A program made the position numbers and the translations under genes. Of a stretch of DNA of 64,000 nucleotides, positions 1 through 7,150 are shown piece by piece. The notes under the pieces are model-generated. The model was not told where the DNA came from and searched no databases. It saw only the letters and a list, made by a program, of their open reading frames with translations. Source of the DNA: an uncultured Verrucomicrobiota bacterium (GTDB taxonomy: Bacteria > Verrucomicrobiota > Verrucomicrobiia > Palsa-1439). Numbering within the stretch: the first letter of the stretch is position 1; every line of letters starts with the position of its first letter. The stretch is from the NCBI GenBank assembly GCA_964533295.1, contig CAZHLM010000001.1, forward strand, positions 112,498-176,497, read 5' to 3'.

Positions 1-342
1 CTGGAGGGCATCGGCGGCTCGATCTTGCTCGGAGAAGCGACCGTGACGGGCGAGGGTGAAGAGGGGGCCTTCGCGGCAACGTTCACGCTACCCACCGACC
101 TTGCGCCTGGGTCCTACACCGTGCGGGCCGCGACCGAGGCAGGTGAAGCTGCGACCACCGACCTGACCGTGACCGCGGCCGCCAATAACGCCAGCGCAGG
201 CCCGGCGATGGTCATGGATGAGGCCTCCGGCGAACTGCACGCCCTCGACCGCTCGAAGCCGGTCAGTCAGATCATCGCTGTGGCGGTGGTGATTACGTTG
301 AGCGCGGCGGCCGGATTTGTGCTGATTCGCAGCTCAAGGTAA
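1..342 (+). CDS. 3' part of a gene entering from upstream; Ig-like or secreted domain with a C-terminal TM anchor
   Basis: ORF open from position 1 in frame; hydrophobic C-terminal segment followed by basic residues; function unknown. Confidence 0.4.
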   Translation: MEGIGGSILLGEATVTGEGEEGAFAATFTLPTDLAPGSYTVRAATEAGEAATTDLTVTAAANNASAGPAMVMDEASGELHALDRSKPVSQIIAVAVVITLSAAAGFVLIRSSR

Positions 343-424
343 CCCAACAGGCCATTCGGCGCGCGGCCGAACGCGCCACACGGCGCTAGGGCCTCCAGCA
401 GTCATTCGCTAGACTGGAAGAGAG

Positions 425-820
425 GTGACAGCCATGAGGCACGGTGTCGTGTTCAGCGCCAACAGCGACCAGGCGACCAAGGCGATCAGGTCCGCCCTCG
501 AACGACAAGGCTTGAGTGCGGTCCGCAGCTTCGATCTGCGCGCAGCGCTGTCGACGCAGTCCGACTGCGTGTGTCTTCATCATGGCACGGCCGAGTGCGG
601 CTGCCAGTTCGCCGTACTGCTGGTCTACGGTGAGCATGTCGGGCCGGTGACGCTCACCATCCACAGTGATGACCATCAGACGGAGGCGCAGATCGTCCGT
701 GACCCGGCCGCGCCGCCGGATCCCCAACTGGTCGAATCGTTGATGGCGGCTCTTTTCGAGGCGGCGCTGGTCGCCCAGAGCGCGACGCTCCACCCGGTCC
801 CGACCGATGCCGGACGTTGA
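425..820 (+). CDS. DUF302-like protein, first gene of a two-gene unit with csoR
   Basis: 131 aa with the VVFSANSDQATKAIRSALERQGL pattern typical of DUF302; Cys/His cluster HHGTAECGC; overlaps the start of the downstream CsoR gene. Confidence 0.4.
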   Translation: MTAMRHGVVFSANSDQATKAIRSALERQGLSAVRSFDLRAALSTQSDCVCLHHGTAECGCQFAVLLVYGEHVGPVTLTIHSDDHQTEAQIVRDPAAPPDPQLVESLMAALFEAALVAQSATLHPVPTDAGR

Positions 821-1085
821 GGTAGCCCCCAAGGCCGATCTTCTCCGTCGCCTGCGCTGCACCGAAGGTCACCTGCGCGGCATCGCGACAATGGTCGAGC
901 GTGACGAGGAATGGGTAGGCATCCTGCGGCAGCTTCAGGCCGTTCAACGTGCATTGCGGGAGGTCCAGCACCGCATGGTGCGACAGTACCTGGCCGATTG
1001 CCTCCAGGTTGGGCTGCAAAGCCCTGACGGGGAGCGCCGCCAGCAAACCGGGGAACTGATCACGGCGCTCTATGAACTTCTGTGA
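807..1085 (+). CDS. csoR: CsoR/RcnR-family metal-sensing transcriptional repressor
   Basis: 92 aa all-helical protein; RCTEGHLRG ... HRMVRQYLADC conserved Cys/His/Cys ligand positions of the DUF156 family. Confidence 0.7.
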   Translation: MPDVEVAPKADLLRRLRCTEGHLRGIATMVERDEEWVGILRQLQAVQRALREVQHRMVRQYLADCLQVGLQSPDGERRQQTGELITALYELL

Positions 1086-1136
1086 CTCCAACAAGCCGGG
1101 CAGCTGGGTGGAGAGCTGCCCGGCTGTTTGTTTCCA

Positions 1137-1451
1137 TTACGGTATGGGCGTCGGCTCCGGCTCGGCGCTGCCGTACCATTGCTGGCGCCACTGCTTCAAC
1201 TGATCGATCTCGGCTTGTTGTTTTTCGATAATCTGTTGGGCGGTATCCCTGATTTCAGGGCGCGTGGCCTGCTGTTGGGCGAGCCGCGCAGCCTCAATGG
1301 CCATCTGGTGATGTCCGATCATCATATCAATAAAATGCTGGTCGAACGGTTCGGGCGCGACCTGCAACTGCTCGATGCTTGAGGCCATATCCATCATCAT
1401 CTGCCCGTCCATGTCCATCATCATGTCAGGCAACATCGGCATTTGGCTCAT
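1137..1451 (-). CDS. DUF305 domain protein (second half-repeat), Met-rich N-terminus
   Basis: FDQHFIDMMIGHHQMAIEAA DUF305 motif; MPMLPDMMMDMDGQMMMDM Met-rich stretch; in frame with the upstream DUF305 ORF across a TAG. Confidence 0.6.
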   Translation of the reverse strand: MSQMPMLPDMMMDMDGQMMMDMASSIEQLQVAPEPFDQHFIDMMIGHHQMAIEAARLAQQQATRPEIRDTAQQIIEKQQAEIDQLKQWRQQWYGSAEPEPTPIP

Positions 1452-1493
1452 GGGTGGGGTATCCCCGCTGCCGAACCATTGCCGGCGCCACGA

Positions 1494-1826
1494 CTAGAGC
1501 TGCTCCACTTCCTGCTGCTGATCTTCGATAACTTGAGAGGCCATCTCCTTAAGCTCAGAGTGCTCAGCCCGTTCTTGGGCGATCATGGCCATCTCAATCG
1601 CCGACTGGTGATGGGGCACCATCATGTCGATGAACATCTGATCAAATTCCGCCGTTACTGAGGTGGGCTGAGGTCGCGTTGTCGGCTCCGCTGCGTTCGC
1701 CTCGGTAGGCTGGGACGTCGCCGTCGACTCGGCAGGGCTGCTGCAAGCCACCAGCATCAGGCCGGTTGGGACCAGCAGAGAAAGCAGTCGGGGCATAAGA
1801 AATCGAAGCGGCTTTGCCGATTTCAT
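1494..1826 (-). CDS. DUF305 domain lipoprotein (first half-repeat), terminated by in-frame TAG
   Basis: Signal peptide with LVAC lipobox; FDQMFIDMMVPHHQSAIEMA motif; stop TAG at 1494-1496 followed in frame by the next DUF305 ORF. Confidence 0.6.
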   Translation of the reverse strand: MKSAKPLRFLMPRLLSLLVPTGLMLVACSSPAESTATSQPTEANAAEPTTRPQPTSVTAEFDQMFIDMMVPHHQSAIEMAMIAQERAEHSELKEMASQVIEDQQQEVEQL

Positions 1827-1889
1827 TTCTGGATTCCTCTTGGGTGGTATTTATCTGGGACAGCTTTTCTGCCCGTTTTACATCTTGAC

Positions 1890-2419
1890 TTAATCGCTCG
1901 AGGAGTGGTGTTGCTGCACGCCTTCGGGCTGAGAGGCGTCCTGTTGCGGGCCATGTCCGGTGACGCCGATCAGGTGGCGATAGGCCAACTCGCCGCCATA
2001 CCAGCCGGTCACCAGAAGCAACCCCACCGTCGTCCACGACAAGCCCAGCCCCCATGGCAGGACGGCGACCGTCGCGCCGCGCAGTCGGAGCACCAGACTC
2101 GTGAGGGCCAGCGCCAGTACGGCGACATTCCCGAGAAAGTGAACCCAGCCGTCAGTGTGCTCTCGCACCCGGCGAATGGTCAGGAAATCGGTCAGCCCAA
2201 AGATGGCCGCCAACCCACCGCCGACCAGCCCACCCCCCACCAGCCAGAGCGAGGTCCGGGCCCAGAACGGCTCGCCCGTCCACCAATAAGCCAAGTCGGT
2301 CAGCAGTGCGCCCGTCAGGAAAGCAATGGGAAACGGCACCAGCATCGGGTGGATGGGGTGACCGACGATCGCGGCTTTGCTCGGCGCGCCGCGGGTGTGA
2401 TCGTCCATCGAATGTTCCA
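1890..2419 (-). CDS. DUF2231-like integral membrane protein
   Basis: IHPMLVPFPIAFLTGALLTDLAYWW motif and four TM segments; start chosen at MEHSMDD; the long upstream extension in the ORF track overlaps the next gene. Confidence 0.5.
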
Positions 2420-2448
2420 TCGTCGACGGCTCCCTTCGGGCGGCCCAA

Positions 2449-3030
2449 CTAATGGTGAGCGCTCCGGCTCGGCTGCCCGGAGGTCTGAGCCTCTCCGGCC
2501 TCTCCTGACCCATTTCCTTCCACCAGCACCTCCAGGGCGCCGGCTTCCGCCAGCTTTTCCTGAACTTCGGGACGAGGGTCTTCGTCCACCGACGTGCGCA
2601 GCTCTTGCAGGTGCGCCGGCCGGGGCGCCTGCAGCAAATGCAACAGGGCTCCCAGTAGCCAACCCAATGTGCCCAATACCCCGGCACCGAGGCAGGCTGT
2701 GGCGACCGGCCCGGCGCTCAACGCCGGTGCGAGACCTGCGATCGTAAGGCGATTGGCATAGACGAGCGCCCCCAACAGGGCACCGATCAAGGCGCCAATC
2801 AACAGCCCGATCCAGGCTGGCACGCCGATCTCAACCGTGGAAATCCCTTCATGGGCCTGATGAAATTCTTCGCGCACGCGCTCGGCGTCCACCGCGCTCA
2901 CGTCAACGGAGGCGGCCGACGGGGCAATGCGGCGCTCGGCTTCGCGCGCCTGCGATTCGGTGGGAAAGTGGGCGACGATGTGGCGAGCCGAAGCGCCGTC
3001 GCCATGTTGGCCCTTGTGATCATGCTCCAT
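2449..3030 (-). CDS. glycine-zipper membrane protein (DUF1269-like), hypothetical
   Basis: GLLIGALIGALLGAL and GAGVLGTLGWLLGALL glycine-zipper TM helices; acidic, low-complexity C-terminus. Confidence 0.35.
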   Translation of the reverse strand: MEHDHKGQHGDGASARHIVAHFPTESQAREAERRIAPSAASVDVSAVDAERVREEFHQAHEGISTVEIGVPAWIGLLIGALIGALLGALVYANRLTIAGLAPALSAGPVATACLGAGVLGTLGWLLGALLHLLQAPRPAHLQELRTSVDEDPRPEVQEKLAEAGALEVLVEGNGSGEAGEAQTSGQPSRSAHH

Positions 3031-3033
3031 GGT

Positions 3034-4266
3034 TCAGTCCTCTGCTTCGCTCGCTTGGGGCGCCAGGAGCCCATCCAGTTCGCCCTGCAGGCGCAGGCTG
3101 ATCACGTCTGATCCGCCCACGATCGAGCCATGATTAAAAAGCTGGTCGTAGGGCGCTGCCGGTCGCGGCCGAACCGTTTCGCTCAGGTAACGCCGCACCG
3201 GCTCGGGCACCGTATCTTGTTGGACGAGCAGGATGGGTCCATGCTTGCCCCGGTGCGAGAGCACGCTGGCGGCCAGCCCTTCAGCCCACGCCTCGGGATT
3301 GACAAAGGTAAAGTTGTGGCCGGGCTCGGCGATGCCCCAGCCAAAGTCGCGCGCCTGGCGCCCCACCCAATAGCCAAAATCCTGCCCGCTGTCACGATAG
3401 CCGGCGAAGTATGCCGAAAGGGCATACGGATCAGGCGCAGCCAGACGCTGCACATGCCCGTACTGCGCCAGCTCACGCGCCACCGCCTCGGAGATCGCTG
3501 ACTCGGGCCCCATCAGGTACATGAAGGTCGGCCCAAATCGACGGCTCAGGAGCCGGCGGGTTGCCTCCGGGATGCTTTCGCGACGGACAAAGGCGAAGCC
3601 GGTGGGCATGTGGGCGACGAACGACAGGGCGGGCAGCGCGAAGTCGGGCGCGTCCAGCGAGGCCACGACTACGATGTCCGGGTGATCTGCGTGAAGCGCG
3701 GCGCGGTAGTCGTCCACGGCCTCGGCCAGGCTGGCCGGGTCGCCGGGTGTGCCCTGAATGCGGCGCACCTTGAGACCCATGGCCTCGACCTGCTGGACGA
3801 CACCGTCGGAGACCTCACCCACGACAATCACCTGCACATTGCGGTCGAAGGCGATGCCCTCCGGGTGGAACCGCCCGAGGGCGGCCCGTGTTTCGGGCGG
3901 CAGGCGATCCTGGTCAACAAACAAAATTGGAGCATCGACGGGATGGTGAATGAGCGAGACTGCGGACATCAACTGCTCTTTGCTGTCCAGCCGCGCCAGG
4001 ATGATGGCCCCAGGCTGGTTGGCATGGCTGGATGCCGGAAATGTGGTTTGGGCCAGGGTGACCGCCGTTTCATACGCGTTGCGCCCGGTATAGCGCGTGG
4101 TAAAGCCGGTGACGAGGGCGTTCTCCAGTAAAGGGGCTGGCTCGACCTGGGCCTGGGTGCTCGGCCACACCCGGCCAGCGCCGAATAGCACTGGCAGTGA
4201 AAGCAAGACCAGCGCGACGAAAACTGAGATTGAGGTAACGCCTTGTTTCGCGCTCAATTTTCTCAT
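3034..4266 (-). CDS. secreted protein with three cell-wall-binding-repeat-2 (CWB2)-like repeats
   Basis: Signal peptide; RYTGRNAYETAVTLAQ ... PILFVDQD ... VIVVGE repeat pattern three times; paralogous to the N-terminal region of the adjacent gene. Confidence 0.45.
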   Translation of the reverse strand: MRKLSAKQGVTSISVFVALVLLSLPVLFGAGRVWPSTQAQVEPAPLLENALVTGFTTRYTGRNAYETAVTLAQTTFPASSHANQPGAIILARLDSKEQLMSAVSLIHHPVDAPILFVDQDRLPPETRAALGRFHPEGIAFDRNVQVIVVGEVSDGVVQQVEAMGLKVRRIQGTPGDPASLAEAVDDYRAALHADHPDIVVVASLDAPDFALPALSFVAHMPTGFAFVRRESIPEATRRLLSRRFGPTFMYLMGPESAISEAVARELAQYGHVQRLAAPDPYALSAYFAGYRDSGQDFGYWVGRQARDFGWGIAEPGHNFTFVNPEAWAEGLAASVLSHRGKHGPILLVQQDTVPEPVRRYLSETVRPRPAAPYDQLFNHGSIVGGSDVISLRLQGELDGLLAPQASEAED

Positions 4267-4316
4267 CAGCTCATCTCTCTAGCCCCAGACCCATTCTCGT
4301 CCGCCTTTCAAAGTCA

Positions 4317-6158
4317 CTACATCGTCCCCGGCTGTTTGCCGCGCCGCACCAGCCAAGCGTCGATGGGCAAGGCCACTAGCCAGCCCACCAAAACGGAGAT
4401 GAGGGTCGTGCCCCACCACATGATCTCATCGTCTTCCGGCATGCCTTCCATCATCAATTCGGCCATCTGAATCCACCACATGAAACCCATCATGCCGATG
4501 GCCATGGCCGTCATCGACAGAAAGGCAGGCGGGAAGGCGCGCCGCACGGCCTGCCCATACGGAAGCTGATCGTGTTCCATGAACATGTGCGCGTGCATCA
4601 CCAGCCAGTGGAGCGCGAGCGCGCCGAAGTAAGCGATAAAGATGCCGACCATCATCGAGTTGCCCAGCCAAAAGCCGGGCCCGCGCAAGACGAGTAGGGG
4701 GAGACCCAAGGCAGTGACGATCCAGGAAATGACCAGCATGAGCGGACCATCGAAGCCCCGGTTCATGGCGGAGGCGGCCAGCGCTGCGCCAAACCCTTCA
4801 CGGTGCCACATCGTCATCTGGCCATGTTTCATCCAATGCACACGGTGGTAACTCTGGCGATAGAGCCAGACCGCCAGCGGCCCCAGCACCAGCCCGAGCA
4901 GCGTCCAGGTCGCGCGCATCACGGGGCCAATCTGCGGCAGACGGCGCAGGCTGTGCAGCAAAATCCAAAGCCCGCAGGCCAGGCCGGCAAGAATCCAGAC
5001 GATCCACAACACTTCCATGCCGGACAACCCCCCTTCTTCAAAGCGGTAGGCGCCGATCTCCTGTGAGAGATCGGCCTGGCCTTGGACACGGAGGCCGATC
5101 TGGTCCGGACCGCCCAATATCCACAGATGGTTGAACGGCCCTTCGGCAGGCGTGTTGAAGAACTCCGGCTTCATCTTCCATAGATACTGATCGGTGACCG
5201 GCGGGATGCGGTCGCGCTCCACCCACAACAGCGGACCAAACTTGCCAAAGCGGGCGAGCGCGATTCCGGCGAGCGCGATCATTGGATCGTCACGATTGGC
5301 AAGCACGAAGTTGTGAGTGGCGATGTAGTGGCTGCCGCCTGAGCCCCAACCGACGCCCGCCGCCTCATCGCGGTATTCGGCCAACGCGACTGCTGCTGCC
5401 AGGCCATTCCAGGCCACAATTCGCTGGAGGCTCCCATATTGGCTCAGGTCCTCTGGTTCGGGCACTGGCCCCACCAGATAGATATGGGCTTGCCCACCGC
5501 GCCGTTCCAGGGCCTGGCGAGTCGCCGCCGGCAGCGGGTCGCCGCCGAAGAGGATCACGTCACCGGACTGGGCGGCCCAGTAAGCGGCCGGGATGGCGTA
5601 AAGCGGATCCTCGGGCACGAGCAGGATATTCGCCTGGGGGCCGCCTGCCAGGCGCTCCACGAGCAGGTCCACACCAAGGGCCACGTCCGCCGCATCTCCG
5701 GCTGGCACTTGTACGCCGAGAGTTTGATCCGGTGGGTTGTGCCCGACCCAAACCACGCTGCCGCCCTCCAGAGTCTGGACTCCAGCAGGTTCTAACCGTG
5801 GAATCTCTATTTCCACCCCGGCACCTTCTTCCACCAGCACCAGTGGGCCGTCGAGCCAACGCACAAGCGGAGCGGCGGCTACCCCCGCCTGCCACCCGTC
5901 GGCGGGTGCGACGATCACAGCCCGGGGCCTCTTCTCGCTGCCCTCTGGAAACAGCGCCTCCGAAACGGCCCGGCTCAGCGCAGTCGGGTTGCTCTCAGCC
6001 AGCCGGGTGCTGTCCTTTGTGTTTAGGGTAAGGAGGCCCTCAGGGGGTGAAGCATCTGCCCCACTCCACGTCAACCACAAAATGTAGATGGGCACGAGCA
6101 GAACAGCCGACCCGAGCAGTCCGGCGATGATCAGGACGACCTTACGCATGAAACTCAT
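4317..6158 (-). CDS. fusion of CWB2-like repeats with a C-terminal polytopic Met/His/Trp-rich membrane domain
   Basis: N-terminal TM anchor, repeats resembling 3034-4266, C-terminal segment HWLVMHAHMFMEHDQ ... MMGFMWWIQMAELMMEGM spanning several TM helices. Confidence 0.45.
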   Translation of the reverse strand: MSFMRKVVLIIAGLLGSAVLLVPIYILWLTWSGADASPPEGLLTLNTKDSTRLAESNPTALSRAVSEALFPEGSEKRPRAVIVAPADGWQAGVAAAPLVRWLDGPLVLVEEGAGVEIEIPRLEPAGVQTLEGGSVVWVGHNPPDQTLGVQVPAGDAADVALGVDLLVERLAGGPQANILLVPEDPLYAIPAAYWAAQSGDVILFGGDPLPAATRQALERRGGQAHIYLVGPVPEPEDLSQYGSLQRIVAWNGLAAAVALAEYRDEAAGVGWGSGGSHYIATHNFVLANRDDPMIALAGIALARFGKFGPLLWVERDRIPPVTDQYLWKMKPEFFNTPAEGPFNHLWILGGPDQIGLRVQGQADLSQEIGAYRFEEGGLSGMEVLWIVWILAGLACGLWILLHSLRRLPQIGPVMRATWTLLGLVLGPLAVWLYRQSYHRVHWMKHGQMTMWHREGFGAALAASAMNRGFDGPLMLVISWIVTALGLPLLVLRGPGFWLGNSMMVGIFIAYFGALALHWLVMHAHMFMEHDQLPYGQAVRRAFPPAFLSMTAMAIGMMGFMWWIQMAELMMEGMPEDDEIMWWGTTLISVLVGWLVALPIDAWLVRRGKQPGTM

Positions 6159-6210
6159 TTCTTGGACGAACTACATCAGGTTCTTCGACGCGAGAACGGA
6201 GGTATCCGAC

Positions 6211-6573
6211 TTACGTCAACATCGCGGCCATCTGCCGGCAAGATTGAGCGCAGCGGCGGCAGGCCTCCGCACAGTTCTGCATCACCCTGTCGTCGGTGAA
6301 GCGCTCACAGTCTCTTGCACAGTGCTCGCACACATCGGCGCAGACGGCGCAGAGGCGAGGATGAAGGTCAGAACCGCGCAGCATGAAGTTTGCGCTGGTC
6401 TGACAAACCTCGGCACAGTCAAGCAATAACCGAATGTGCATGGCTTCTGCATGGCTGCCGCCCATGTCCAGACAGTGTGTGACGGTTTCAAGACAGATGC
6501 CGTGGCAGGTCAGGCACTCCTGAATGCATTTTTTCATCTCCGGACTCATCGCGTGACTCGGGGTGTGGGGCAT
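6211..6573 (-). CDS. four-helix-bundle cysteine-rich copper storage protein (Csp/DUF326 family)
   Basis: 120 aa with about 17 Cys in CxxxC spacing (CIQECLTCHGICLETVTHCL ...); GGAGG ribosome-binding site. Confidence 0.7.
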   Translation of the reverse strand: MPHTPSHAMSPEMKKCIQECLTCHGICLETVTHCLDMGGSHAEAMHIRLLLDCAEVCQTSANFMLRGSDLHPRLCAVCADVCEHCARDCERFTDDRVMQNCAEACRRCAQSCRQMAAMLT

Positions 6574-6989
6574 CGGAGGTCTCCGTGTGGCCGATGGTCA
6601 GTCGCTTGAACGAGGTGGTAAGTCTCCAAAGCGAATACGATGCTCAGAAAAGCAGCACAAATCTTACATAGGATAAGTTTTCTGAGGAGGCTATCGCTGT
6701 CGGTCCAGCGCCGATTTTGGTGTCGGATTTGGGTTGGTGGGTGTGTCGGCTTTGATCGGATCAAGCCAGACGTCGAGGCCAGCCAGGTTCGAGGAATTTA
6801 GTTATGGCGACCTCAGTTTGGGCGATCCAAAGGCACGCTGGGTGGTGGATAAGCCCCAGAACCTGTTCACACGCTCTTGGCGCCATAGGCTATTTGGCGC
6901 GCGGTCACACCCGCCACATAGCGCTGGTTCGCCATCGAGCTTTTCTATAGACTGCATCACAGGAAAGGACATTCGGAAGGTTGCGTGAA

Positions 6990-7010
6990 CCGAGGGGCAT
7001 GTCCCCTCGG
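6990..7010. promoter_or_regulatory. candidate operator: 8-bp inverted repeat CCGAGGGG-catgt-CCCCTCGG in the csp/copA1 divergent promoter region
   Basis: perfect inverted repeat read directly; G-tract palindromes are typical of CsoR-type operators; not verified. Confidence 0.3.
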
Positions 7011-7150
7011 AATCCCTGTTTCAGCTTGCGCCTACTCGCCGGCTGCTTGGCTCGGGTCGATTCGCAAGCTCAGGAGTGGCGCTTGTCATTCAATGCCCCA
7101 CGGCAAGTTCAACGTGTGGGGTTGTTCACAGGCCCCGGCAAAGGAATTCC

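Noticed and set aside
1494-1496. TAG codons (1494 and 50168) as programmed read-through or pyrrolysine
   Set aside because: TAG is used as an ordinary terminator for other genes in the window (for example 21021-21023). No pyl-type genes or UAG-rich methyltransferases are present; a nonsense mutation or an ordinary stop is more parsimonious.
1890-2687. 265-aa ORF extending the DUF2231 gene upstream to 2687
   Set aside because: The extension (Cys/Arg/Trp-rich, overlapping the neighbouring gene 2449-3030) has no membrane-protein character. The conserved DUF2231 sequence begins at MEHSMDDH (2419).
6734-6988. 84-aa ORF in the csp/copA1 intergenic region
   Set aside because: No ribosome-binding site, no domain signature, and it lies within a likely divergent promoter region; treated as non-coding.
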